Positions 39,855 to 54,959 of a stretch of DNA of 64,000 bases are shown one piece after another (position 1 is the stretch's first letter; each line of letters opens with the position of its first letter). The notes under the pieces were generated by a model. It was not told the origin of the DNA. It worked only from the letters and a program-made list of their open reading frames with translations, and made no database searches. The DNA comes from the human T2T-CHM13v2.0 reference genome, Homo sapiens, in assembly GCF_009914755.1 (NCBI RefSeq), contig NC_060942.1; one strand, written 5' to 3'. A program made the translations under genes and the position numbers.

Positions 39855-40170
39855 CATTCGTTTGTTGTTCATTCACTCAACATGTATTTATTTAGGGCCT
39901 CATTTGTTTCAGGTGTGTGGTTCAGCTCTGAACAGCACTGACCAAGTCTCCACCTGGAACTCACCTTCAAGTTTAGGGGTGTCAGAAAATGAGCAGCAGC
40001 AACAAAAACAATGTGAGAGAATGTCAGGATGTGATGAATGCTTTGAAGAAAAATAAAGCAAAGGGATTGAGAGTGATTGGGGATAGGGATGGTTCTTATT
40101 TTGGGTAGGGTACTTGTAGAATTTGACCTTCATAAGGCCTATAGAGGCAGGTGAGAGCTCACCTTGGAAA
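39855..40170 (-). mobile_element. L2 3' fragment
   Basis: ttcattcactcaacatgtattta...gtgatgaatgctttgaagaaaaataaagca. Confidence 0.7.
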
Positions 40171-40309
40171 GATCTTCCTGCCTCATTCTCCGTGATGGAC
40201 ACAACGCTTCAAGTGCTCATCAGCTCTTCCCATGTCCTGTTTCTTCTTATGCACTTTATGGCTTTTCCCTCAGCTGCACTGTTCATTCCACAGGGGCAAA
40301 GACAGCAGC

Positions 40310-40618
40310 TTTTTTTTTTTTTTTTTTTTTTTTTTGAGATGGAGTCTCACGCATTGTCGCCCAGGCTGGAGTGCCGTGGTGCCATCTCAGCTCACTGCAG
40401 TCTCTGCCTACCAGGTTCCATGATTCTCCTGCCTTAGTCTCCAGAGTAGCTTGGATTACAGGTATACGATACCATGCCTGGCTAATTTTTATATTTTTAG
40501 TAGAGACAAGGTTTTACCATGTTGGTCAGGCAGTTCTTGTACTCTGGACTTCAAGTGATCCGCCCACGTCGGCATCTGAAAGTGCTGGGATTACAGGAGT
40601 GAGTCACCGTACCCAGCT
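40310..40618 (-). mobile_element. AluS with a T26 tail
   Basis: Antisense Alu dimer with TSD agcag(c/t)t. Confidence 0.93.
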
Positions 40619-40727
40619 AGCAGTTGTTTCATTTACCCAATACACTCTGTGTACATGTCAAAGTGGGTTATCAATAAGTAGTTCCTAATAAGTGAATTAA
40701 TTCTTTAGTTACCTTCAGTTGTAAGTA

Positions 40728-40980
40728 CAGGCTGAGCATCCCTTATCCAAATGCTTGGAACAGAACTGTTTCAGACTTCAAATTTTTTTTGGATTTTGAG
40801 GTTTTTTTTGAATTTTTGATTATTTGCATTATGCTTCCTGGTTGAACATGGCAAATCTGAAAACTCGAGATCCTTATGCTCCAGTGAGCATATTCTTTGA
40901 GTGTTACGTTGATGCTCCAAAAGTTTCGGATTTCGTAGCATTTTGGATTTCAGATTTTTGGATTAGAGATGCTCAGCTTG
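40728..40980 (-). mobile_element. Tigger4a (MER46A) MITE
   Basis: TIRs caggctgagcatc / gatgctcagcttg with a TA TSD; internal atgctccagtgagcatattctttgagtg. Confidence 0.88.
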
Positions 40981-41089
40981 TATTTCAAGGAATCAGGTGT
41001 TCATTACTTTCTTTAGAAAGACTTTCTTGTCCCATTAAAACCATCTGGGCTTTTTCTTTGGTATTAGTCTTATACTTTAAGCACTATTA

Positions 41090-41245
41090 CTCAATGTATT
41101 ATCTGTTGATTGGACTTTTTCCTCATGAAATCTGTGTCTACTTTTTTGAGACTGAGGTTGTTTCTTCTTTACCCATCTGTATCTCCTACATCTGGTGCTG
41201 TGCTGCCACAGGTGATGCATTCAAAAAATATTTATTGAATGAACA
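41090..41245 (+). mobile_element. L2 3' end fragment
   Basis: catctgtatctcctacatctggtgctgtgctgccacaggtgatgcattcaaaaaatatttattgaatgaa. Confidence 0.6.
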
Positions 41246-44200
41246 CAATTTTAGTGATGTAAATTATAATAGCAAGTAAAATGAATGTTCAGAAACAGTA
41301 CAAATTGATATCTACTGGGAAAAGCTTTTTAGTAAAACAAGTGTTAGTGTAAATATGACATTAATTTTTACTGGCAGAAATCTCTGTTCTTCCTAAGTTT
41401 GAACAATTTTCTTGTTGGTAAATTACTATTGTGCATGATGTCATCTAAAAATAGCAGTTAGGATTTCATCATGGTTAAATAAAAGAAACAACAAATAAAA
41501 AAATCCCAAACTGGGTACTGTCTATATATTTATATTTGTTTCAGTACAACTATTACAATTATGTTCAAAGATAGAGTTACTGCTTTTGGTAGTTTGGTGT
41601 GCAAAATTAAATTTATATGCCAACAAATAGGAAATATAATGACTTAGGCTTATAATGTATCATTATACTATACTGAGGCATATGTAGTCATTACATCATA
41701 TCACACACAGGCATGTATAGGTTTATACCATATAATTTCCTGGTAATCCCATCAGTTACTGTGTTTTATGGTTGAAGGTCTTTCTTCATAGTTCCTTGTA
41801 TCCTCTGCTATGTAGCCTATTTATAACTTCATTCTGACTTCTGCTCAGGATAACTATTGTGCTTTTAAGCAGAAGAGAAGCATGTTGCTTCAGGTGTATT
41901 CCTGGGACTAGTGAAGACCCAAAGAACTGTGGCCAATCAGCTTTCTGCTTGCTGACCTTTTTCTGTGGGGCTCCTTGATCAGTTTTGAAAGGGAGAGCTG
42001 GCTCCAGCCCTTTCTGGGGGAGCAGCCTGGTGTGATGGCAGGTCCAAGTCAGGCCAGGAATGTCTTCTCATCCTTCCTTGGTGGGGTCTGCCAGCTTGCT
42101 GTATGGCTGCCACAACAGGAACCCCGCACGCGGCTTGATTGGTGAGGATTTACATGTGTGCTAATTAGAGTGGAATAAATGATTGGCTGTTTGCTGCATT
42201 GCCATAAAGGGTGCCCAGATGTACACACTACATGAACATAATGTGCCCAGGCATGGCGCATCAAAGTTTGTCAGCTGCATTGCCTCAGCAGGCTTAGGGC
42301 CTGTCGCAGAGAATTTGCTGATAATCGTCCCCTATGATTTAGTGTCTTACTTGGTGAAAGTGAAAGACCTCAAAATAATGCCTTGGCAACAGAATTTTTG
42401 ATCCTTTAGGAAAATAACAAAATATGCTTGAACTTAACTGGGAGTAATGAATAGATGACTTTAAGCTATATATATTCAAATTATGATTTCTTATATTTTG
42501 AAATGTTTTCCAGTAAAACAAATAAAATATCAAGTAAATTGGCATAATTGAATAAATTGAATCTTTAAAAATTGCATACGTATCAGTCTTTTAGGTTGAA
42601 TTAAGCCATGTTAAAACCACTCATGCATATATCTGATAGAAGATGTAACATGGAATTATTTCATTGAAATTCCAAAAGCACACTTTTCTAGAACTTATCT
42701 CTATTATGTGTATATTTAAAAATCCATAATGTATCTTCTTTGTAAAGGTACAGCCACCACCCAAAAATCCTTGTGTTGCATTTATGCTCAAAATCTGTAA
42801 TATCTGATTACTTTGACAAGTAATTTTGTAGTTACATGTTCATAATATTGATAATGTATTAATGTACAATGATTAAATGGTTAAGCTGCCACATTAAAGT
42901 TATGAGTAGGAACATTTATCCAGCATGGCTAGGCAGGAACAAAGCCTGTCCATTTACAGATGGCGTTATTCAATCTCTGTGCTCCTCTGAGATGTCAGTG
43001 CGATAGCATTGATTCTTAGGTTTGATACTGTGCCGCACTTGAATGACCCAATACAGTTCAGTGATAAGGTTAAGTTAATTACTGTATCTGTGCTATGCAG
43101 CTTTCACTTGATTACTGCTGAGAAAGATTTTGATGCCTTTTGCTTTAATTAAGCAAAAGGGAATGAACAGATATAATTGGTTTTTGAAATAATCCTGTCA
43201 CTATCAACAAGCATCATGTGTTTCCTCCAACTTTGTTATATGTACTTCTAGAAGCAACATTCTGTGGAGGGAATGAAGTTTTTACATTATATTACACTGA
43301 AATGTTACCATATTTCATTAATGTGAATTTATGAATAGTTTAAACAGTATATTTTTAAAAGAATTTTGACCTGAAAAAAATGTCTGTTTGTGACTTCTGA
43401 TAATTATTTTATGTGTTCATGTAAATACACTAAACATGTCACTTTCGATACATTTTAGTGCTTTGGCATTTCAGAAGTCTTTTTAACCCGGTTTTGAATG
43501 ATGGCAGATAAATTTAGCTTTAAAACAATATTTAAGTTTTCATGATTTTTGCACATTACCTCTGTTATATTTAATTGATTTGACTAATCCTGCAGGGTTT
43601 ATACAGATTAATAGAAATTAATAGAAAAGTAGAAATGAAAACCTCTCTAGTGTAGCATGAGGCTTCTCATTTTTATTTTTTCTCATGTAGGGGTATTGAC
43701 TTTCACTTTAATATTTTCACTTTAAGCTTTTAATTGAGATTTTTCTTACTGTTTGACTAGACATGCATAATTGCACATGTTCTTCCTGTGCTGCTTTTTA
43801 ATGAGCATATCTAAAATACGCGAGCAGTGTAGTTTGGGAAAATGTTATAAGGTTTGACTGAATGTAAGTTCTTCCCCCTAGCCTTTCTAGGTACCTGCCC
43901 ATTCCTTTTCCCACAGATACTGGAACATTGTCAATACTGTCCTCATGGGTGTTACAGCTGTACACATCATGTCTGTGGGATCGTCCACATCACCCATCTT
44001 CTCTGAGTAATATGTTTGTAAATACACCTCACAGTGATGCTAGATTCAAATGAGATAATAAGAATGCTTTTTTTTCTTTAAAAACTAGCAGTAAAGGGCT
44101 GCAAGTTTTAGTAATTTCTTCTTAGTATCTAATACATGTTTTCAGATCTTCATGAGTTCCCAAGTTAATCAAATGAACTAATTGTTGCGTTTGGCTTTTG

Positions 44201-44334
44201 TTCTCTCTATTTTAAGTCAATGCAGTGAATCTGAATGGAGAATGGAAAAACTGGCTCTGTGAATAGACGAGTGAGGCTGAGCTATTTCTCTAATGTCCTG
44301 TCAGAATGAGACAACAGTTTAAAATGAATGATGA

Positions 44335-44479
44335 ATCAATTCACTCTGTCCATTCTCCATGGATGCTATTATCAATTCACTCTGTCCATTCTCCATGGAT
44401 GCTATTATCAATTCACTCTGTCCATTCTCCATGGATGCTATTATCAATTCACTCTGTCCATTCTCCATGGATGCTATTA
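44335..44479 (+). repeat. VNTR: 4 identical copies of the 36-bp unit ATCAATTCACTCTGTCCATTCTCCATGGATGCTATT
   Basis: Copies start at 44335, 44371, 44407 and 44443. Confidence 0.98.
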
Positions 44480-44570
44480 ATGGGAGTGGGCTGGGGAGGG
44501 GCTATTAAGCTTCAAAATAAGTCGCCTAAAATTTAGATTTTAATTGGTGTCCAGTTTTAATCTTGGTTAT

Positions 44571-45045
44571 TTGGGTTGGCAGAATAAAGCACCCTCCCCT
44601 CACACTCCCCAAAGAGTGTCCATGTCCTCATCCCCGGCACCTGTGACTACATTATTTTGCCTGGCAAAGGGGAATGAAAGTTGCAGTGGAATTTAAGGTG
44701 GCCAGTCAGCTGACCTTAAAACAGAGAGACTATCTGGAGGGGCCCAATGTGATCACAAGGGTCCATAAATGTGGAAGAGGCTCCGTAAGAGAAGGTATGA
44801 TGACACAATGTGAGAAGGACTTGATTCCGCATAGCTGGTTTCAAGATTGAGGAAGAAGGGGCCATGAGCCAGCAAGTGTGGGGGACTGTCATCCCTTAGA
44901 GGTTCCAGAAAGGAGTGCAGTCTTACTGACACCTTGATTTTAGCTCAGTCATTCCTGGGCTGGACTTCAGAACTGCAGGTCTGTAAGATAATAAATATGT
45001 GTGTTTTACTAAGTTTGTAGTAATTTATTACAGTATTTCTAATAC
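44571..45045 (+). mobile_element. MLT1D/E-like solo LTR
   Basis: ggcagaataa...gtccatgtcctcatccccggcacctgtga...ggcccaatgtgatcacaagggtcc...ctgacaccttgattttagc...ctgtaagataataaat. Confidence 0.85.
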
Positions 45046-45063
45046 CATTGTTATCCAAAGTGA

Positions 45064-45474
<411 letters not shown>

Positions 45475-45584
45475 TGATACAGGAAGGCCTTGTGCTTGCT
45501 CATTTCAGGAGTTGGTGTTCTGGGACCTTGTCTTTGACAAGGTCCAAATTTAAAATGTGGCTATTAGCAAGGCAATTGTATTTA

Positions 45585-45755
45585 GAATTAGAAGTCTTGG
45601 GTTCATGTCCTAGCGCCTATGTCTTAGTTATTGGAAAATGGGATTAGTTTCTTCATTTAAAATTAGAAAAATGCTGCTTCTTTTGGGTAATTGATGAGAC
45701 AATATGTGTATATGTGCTTAGAAAATATAAAATGCTATTTGAGCGCCGGTTACTA
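45585..45755 (+). mobile_element. MIR
   Basis: agaagtcttgggttcatgtcctagc...agtttcttcatttaaaattagaaa...tgagacaatatgtgta...gtgcttag. Confidence 0.6.
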
Positions 45756-48700
45756 TTAAGATTTCAACCTTTAGTTCCAGCCTTAATGGTTTAGGCTGTG
45801 GTTTAGTGTGTGGAAGGCTTTGAGGAGCATGTGCTTTGGTTAGTCCTTTTCCCAGTAGTCATGGCGAAGCCATCCAAGTGGTCACATCTCCCACCCCTGA
45901 GATTTGTATGTGAGAAACAGAATTCATTTTCTGAGGCTTTCCTGTGGAGGCCATGAGAGGAGGCTGTCTCCCTGGAGGCAGGGAGGCTGGTTCTGAGGCT
46001 GACAATCTAGGCAGGGTGTGATGCATGTTGGATACAGGTGGGAGGAATAGAGAATGTAGAGGACTATTGGGTAGATAGCTGGACTGGCTAGCTGAGCAGG
46101 TTCTGCAGTGGGGAAAGAGTATGAATTTGTAGAAGCATTGAGGTTTTGCTGTCAGTTGGCTATCCAGGAAGGGCTGGTGAGATCAGAAGTGGTGTTAAGG
46201 CCAGGGAGCATAGGCTGTGGGTCACTGGTGTATGGGAGAGTGCTGGAGCATACAGAAGGAAGAAGACAGGAAGTCAGGGTTTGGTGGGAGAAAAATAGCA
46301 ATGCATGGGACTTGGGCAGATTTTTTCTTAGAAGATGGCTAAAATGGCATCTGGAAAGCTTGTCATTCCCTTTTAAGTAGCAAGGGTTGGAACATAGAGG
46401 ACCTGCCAGTCAGGGCCTTTTGTTAGATACTTGGCCTTATTGATACCTGCATTTCAACTTTCTGCTTCAGTTTTCTGAACGGTACAGCTAGCGCTTGGGT
46501 AAGTGATCTCTGAGCACACTGGCAGATGTTAAATTCCCTGTCTCATGCCTTTGCTCCACATTAGGAAAGGAACACACCAGGGGTTTGGAATAAAGGAACT
46601 CCAAGACTCCTCCAATCTTTAAAATAAATGACATGGGCAATTTATACATTAAAAAATCAGCATTTTTCTATATTTATTAAGGTACTGAGTAAAACTTACT
46701 AGATTTACCTGGAACATTTTAGCATCTTTTTTTTTTTTTTTTTTTTTTTACATATCTTGCAGTGACAGTATATATTGTGTTAGTATTATGTGATTAAAAC
46801 ATAGTTTCATTTAAATTTTAAATCATTAAATAACAGAGATTTAAAAAATAGATTTTAAATAATTATTTCTTAGATATCCTCCTTCAGGAGGCAAATTTGA
46901 CTTAGGCATTTGGAAAGCTTGGCCAGTTTGTTTTGTGCTGATGATACATTAACAGTCAAGAAATAACTCTTTTGGTTTTATTATGGTGAAAGTTTATTAA
47001 AAGAGAAATGCCCTCTTATGTGTCATAATGAATAAAACAAAACTATAATATCTCCCAAATTTTGTAATACGTGTACAAACAGACCGTGCTATAGAGAATA
47101 GCCTATATTCCTTACTGTTTTTTTAAATTACTATTGGGTATTTGACAGTGATGCCATTACAAATATTTTAAATTCAGAACTCTGTAGGTAAATTATGTGC
47201 AATAGCCCTTTCTTTCTAAATGACAACTAATGGACTTCTTTGAATATTATGTTTGGCATAATATGGCAGAACTAACAGTAGTGATTAAAAGGCTTATGTT
47301 TGTATGTGACATCTCCTAGAAGGCTTGAAATAATTTGGCCTTGTGTGTTAACATTCAGAAATCTTAGTTATGCCTAAATGTATTAAGCTGCTTATCATTT
47401 CAGCTGAGGTGTAGTAATTTTTACTTTGGGACATACAGAAAAGCTATTTGAAAAGTTACTTTCTTATATCAACTGAAGCTTTTAAAAATGAATTTGAATC
47501 GCTTATTATAAAGAATATTTTCTTGCCTCTTTTTAATAATGTAGAATAGTCATAAGCAGTAGCTTCATTTATTGTTGGAAAAAATGTAATTGCAAAAATT
47601 AACTTGTCATACACCATAGCTCAGCAAAGTCACTTCTTATAAGTCTGTGGTCACAGTATGTTTTTTGCAGTTCAGCATCTGGCTCTGTGGGATACTGATG
47701 GCTTCTAGGAAGCAAAGTACCAGGGTGAACAATTAAATGCAAAATGACAGCATAAAATATGCTTGTGGTTATATGAAAGACACATTTATGAATTTTGCAG
47801 ATCACTGTCATTTTTGCATTCATATTTTCTCTTGCTTTGTTAGCTTAATAATTTTAGTATAATTTATTTTTCCTTTTTAGAAGTGAACAATGCTGTTTTG
47901 ATTTTCCTGGTACTTGTTAATATCTTCCTTGTTTGTCAGTTTTGAAGACTAGTAACTCTTTTACTGTCTTCTGGCATGATGCTTTCAACTTTATTTTTAA
48001 ATCAAAGAATTTTTAAAAATTGCATAGCCATTGTATTATTGGTAAAATTTTTTATGATTATTAGTATTATCATATGTGGGTTGAACAATATTCACCACCT
48101 GGAAATAAGATTTGTCAGCACTTAGTTTTCTCATAGTATCAGGTAATGTTTTGAAGTGTTTTTTTACAATGCCAATTCTCAGATTTCTTGGGGGGTAGAA
48201 CAGTCTGACATAAGGAGTCAAATAGGATGTGCCCAAAGTTGGTAAATTTTTTTTGCTTTTTCTTGCATAAATCTCCTCTGCTCACGGTGGAACTGGTGGG
48301 AGTTCTAGACAGGGCGTCGCTCTGGATAGCCAGGTTCCCAGGCAGCCTTGCACTGCTCCATTGTCTCTGCTCCCTGGGTAGCCCTGCCTGTCTGCCTGGA
48401 CTGTCTACAGTGCTTTTCCTTACAAAACCTACACGTGAACCAGTTACCTTTACCAGTCATCTTCCACGTCCCGCTGCCTTACTTTCTTTTTACTTGTACT
48501 TACAGTATCCCCTTTTCCTGGAATACTTCCTAATGATTTGGGTAAATCCACTCTGAACTTGAAATGTGGTTCACACTGCCTGTTCTCTGAAGACTTTCTG
48601 ATCTCTCAGCAGTCCACGGTAACTTGTGCTTCCATGTCGTATTTTGTGGATCTATTATTGTTACTATCCAAATGTGCGTATTTAAAGAAATCAGTTCACA

Positions 48701-51062
48701 TATTTACTGAAATGTGACTCTACGCTGGGTATTGTGCCAGACTCTGGCATATTGTGGCGAAAGGTATATTTCTTTTGCTCAAGAAAGTCTTGCAGCCAGT
48801 GGAAATGTGATGCAGTGCGAGCGGTGGTGGAGGCGCTGGTGACTGGAGATGCCTTGGCAGAGCAGCTCATCCCATCACAGGATTTTCAGTGTGGATGCTT
48901 GGGGAGCTGGCACTCACTGGAGGACAGCCACAGAGTGTTCCAGAGGGCCTCCTGTCCCAGCAGTTACTGAATAGATGGTTTGTTGAATTGAACTACATGC
49001 TCGAGGGTTACCCATACAACATTTTTTAAAAAAAATTAATTATTTCACATGAGAATCTTTGACAAATTAACTTTGTAGTTTTCTGTTTTTGGAACTTCCA
49101 TACAAGATGATTTGAAATTTTCTTGATGACTCAGGATTATCATTTTGTATATGTTATCATGCCAAGCTCTAAAAAAATCAATGTTCTTAGCATATTTTGA
49201 CCTGGAGAAGGCTGTTTTCAAATACCTGCTTGCTCCCTGATTACTTTACATTTTCGTAATCCTGTCTGCCTCTTGTTTCTTGTCTCTTTTCCCATTTTAC
49301 ACTATTGTTGATCTTGTCTGTAGTCATGCAATTGCTGTCCATTATTTCCCATCCGTAAGAAGCCAGTGAACCAGCTTTAGCAGTATAGATCAGGAAAGGG
49401 TGCTGGGTTTGAGTAGAGTAGGGAACTTAGAGACTCTCCCTTATTCAGAGTACTGAAGTGCAAACATAGTTTTTTCAAATAGATATTTTGCTGCTCCAAG
49501 CCCTTTTGGCAGGTTTTTAATTTTTAGTTGTATCTTGAGAGGTGATGCTGCTACATTCGTGAGGTTTTGATAGCTGAGAAGTTAATGTTTCTCTCAGTTC
49601 ATATTGTTTCAGTTGCTCTCATGACATGATGTGACCTGTTTTGCCTTATTGTGGGAATGTTTTTAGGTGGTTTATGTTTTAACAGTACACAAGGCTTATT
49701 TTATTCATTTGTTCTTATATTCCTCTTATTTCTAGTATCACAGCAGACATTTTGTGTGTGTGTGATTGACTTTGAATACATTAAGGTACATCAGTTTTAT
49801 TTATTAATGGAGGCGGGTTCACAAATGCTGAGGTTAGGAGTCAGTGACACCCTGTGAACTAATTGCTCTGTTTATCTAGCAGTAAGGCAACTCTAGGACA
49901 GCCTCAGCAGTCAATATTTAACTTATCCGTGGAGTTTTACATGTAAAACTTAAAATAACAGTAAAAATAACTTTTGGACCCTACCCTTATGAAACTGAAA
50001 ACCTGCTTGGTGAAGTAAACAACACAAATTTCTGAAGTTAAAATATACTATGGTAAAAATTAATAAAATATGAGAAGTGGTTCGAAATAATCAACAATAA
50101 ATTACCTCTAATTTATGACATAAAGAAAGCAATGTATCGGTAATGTTTGTTTGTAGTTCAGCCTACTTATGTTGATATGTTAATTTCAAGTATGTTGAAA
50201 TAGATCGCATTTTAAAATGAGCATTACTGTCTTCATTGTTGTGATTGTTACTGCCTACTTAATGCTTTCTGTTAAATGGCCTTATACACGTTCCAACTCG
50301 AACATTCATAGAGAAACTGTAATCGCAAATATGTGTACCATGTGTAATGTGTTTATATACAGAGAGAGTGTGGTATAGTATGTGTTGTTATTAGTATTCT
50401 CATCTTTTAAAAACAAAAAATATATATACGTATATGAGAGTGTGTATATGTGTATGTATGTGTACGCATGTGTATCTTTTAGCATTTTCAGATTGGCCCA
50501 GGTGATTCTGACCTAGCCATTTCTGATGTAATTTTAGAAATGTAAAAATTATGTGTAAAAATGACAATAAAAGTCAAGTTATTCTGTTTCATACTGTGCA
50601 ATTAATTATTTGTGACAAGTCCTGTTAAGGAGGAGGCTGTTTTGCTCAGCATTGGTTTGGACAGAAAGATCATAAGTCAAGATTGTACTCCTGAGTCCGA
50701 TAGTGGCACCTTTTTTTCTCTGCAAATACTGTAATAGCTTTACATCCTGTGATTCTGTGGAGAGTGCAGAGACATGATATATTCAAAATGAATCAAACTA
50801 TAAAATTCACTTATTTCTCACATGATAACTGTTGCTGCCTTCAGTAATAAAACTGAATTATGTATACAGATCTAAAAACAATCTGTGAGATATGAGATCA
50901 GTTTCTTTCGATAGCCATAGGTAAACAATTTGTGTGATCATTGTTTATAGTAAACCTGTTAAGATTTTATTCGCTTATGTTTGAAGCAAATTTAAGGCTT
51001 AAAACAAACAAACAAAACACCACCCAAACTAGAAACTTTAAAAAAAATGTAACTTGCTTATA

Positions 51063-51304
51063 TAAGTTGAATGTCCCTTCTACAAAATGCTTTGGACCAG
51101 ATGTGTTTTGGATTTTGGATTTTTTCAGATTTTGAAATACTGGCATTATATAATATACTTACTGGTTCAGCATCGCTAATCCAAACATCTGAAATTTGGA
51201 ATGCTCCAATGAGCGTTTCCTTTGAGTGTCATATCTGTGATAAAAAAATTTCAGATTTTAGAGTGGTTTGGTTTTTGGATTTTCAGATTAGGGATACTAA
51301 CCTG
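51063..51304 (-). mobile_element. Tigger4a (MER46A) MITE
   Basis: taagttgaatgtccctt...aatgctccaatgagcgtttcctttgagtgtcat...cagattagggatactaacctg with TA flanks. Confidence 0.88.
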
Positions 51305-51399
51305 TATTTGCAAATTTTTTCTCATCTGTTAAATTTTATTTTAATTTTAGACTGGTGGATAAAGCTAATTTATTTTTAAACCCTTGTTCATTCATTCAA

Positions 51400-51680
51400 T
51401 TTTTTTTAACTCGGTGAATTTATTGCAGAACAATTTATATGCCATAAACAGCATCCTTTTAAAGTATACATTTTGATGGGTTCTGACAATTCTATACACC
51501 TCTGAAACCATTGACGAATACAGATAAAAGAACGTTCCTGTTTCCTCAAAAGATTCCTGTGCTTTTTTGCAGCCCCCCCCCTCCCCTTCCTGGCTGCCAG
51601 AAGGAACCAGAGATTACTTTTCGTCACTGTTAACTTATTTGCTAAAATCATGTGGTGTGCACTTGTGTATAAGAGTCTTT
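51400..51680 (-). mobile_element. L1MC/ME-like 3' end
   Basis: ccttttaaagtatacattttgatgggttctgacaattctatacacc...aaaagattcctgtgc. Confidence 0.7.
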
Positions 51681-51684
51681 TTGT

Positions 51685-51895
51685 GACCAGCCTGAGCAAC
51701 AGAGTGAGACCCTTTTTTTCCTTTACAAAAAGGAAAAAAAAATAGCTAGTTGTGCTGGTGCGTGCCTATAGTCCCAGCTACTTGGGAGGCTGAGATGGAA
51801 GGATCACTTGAGCCCAGGAGTTCAAGGTTGCAGTGAGCTGTGATCATGATATTGCATTCCAGCCTGGGTGACAGAGTGACACCTTGTCTCAAGAA
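51685..51895 (+). mobile_element. 5'-truncated AluJ
   Basis: gaccagcctgagcaac, then the A-rich linker and a complete right monomer. Confidence 0.9.
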
Positions 51896-51911
51896 TGTGG
51901 GGTAAAGGGAA

Positions 51912-52028
51912 GGGGTCTTTGTGTGGATGTGTTGCCGAGGTTGGCCTTGACTTCCTGTGCTCAAGTGATCTCCTTGGCTCAGCCTCCCAAATAGCTGGGA
52001 CTCTAGCTGTGTGCCACTGTACTCAGCT
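51912..52028 (-). mobile_element. Alu monomer (FLAM-like)
   Basis: ggggtct...gttgccgaggttggccttgacttcctgtgctcaagtgatc...gtgccactgtactcagct. Confidence 0.85.
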
Positions 52029-52411
52029 TTGTTAAATTTATTTTTGCATTATTGTAAATGGAATTGTTGACTAGTAATATTTTCAATGTAATTGATTTTT
52101 GTGTATTCACCTTGTATCCTATGACTTTTCTAAATCTACTTATTCTAGTAGCTTTTTAAGACTCTTAAGAATTTTCTTCGTTAAGTAATTTCGTATCTCC
52201 TATGAAAGGAAATAACTTTATCTGTATCTTATCTTTATGCCTTTAATTTGCTGTTCCATTTTATTTTTAATAATATGCTTTTCTTAAAATCTATTTTGTC
52301 TGTCATTAATATATCTTCTCTAGTCTTCTTGTGGTTACTGATTGCATAGAATGTCTTTTTGAGTATTTTTTAATTAAAAACTTTTTATAGGGTATGACTT
52401 GTTGCCTTTAT

Positions 52412-54690
<2,279 letters not shown>

Positions 54691-54693
54691 ACT

Positions 54694-54953
54694 TCTGGAA
54701 CAAGACAACGATGCCCACTCTTACCTCCCATATTCAAAATAGTAGTGGAAGTCCTAGGCAACTAGGCAAGAGAGAAATAAGTGGCGTCCAAATTGAAAAG
54801 GAAGGAAGTCACATTGTCCCTGTTTGCAGGTGACATCATGTTATATTTAGAAAAACCTAAAGACCCTGCCAAAAAATCTTGTAGAATGTATAAGTGAATT
54901 CAGTAAAGTTGCAGGATACGCAGTCAGCATACCAAAATCTATAGTGTTTCTGT
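54694..54953 (+). mobile_element. Inverted 5' segment of the same L1 (RT domain region)
   Basis: ggaacaagacaacgatgcccactc...ctgtttgcaggtgacatcatgttatat (degenerate LFADDMILY)...gaattcagtaaagttgcaggatac. Confidence 0.88.
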
Positions 54954-54959
54954 GAAAAA

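Noticed and set aside
40824-41279. Longest ORF in the track (151 aa)
   Set aside because: It runs through Tigger4a and L2 sequence, starts at TTG and shows no transposase or other domain similarity that I recognise.
44306-44536. ORF with 4x SIHSVHSPWMLL repeats
   Set aside because: An artefact of the 36-bp VNTR being a multiple of three; no splice or promoter context.
54694-54953. Functional reverse transcriptase
   Set aside because: Short and frameshifted, with the catalytic FADD motif mutated to FAGD; it is a fossil L1 fragment.
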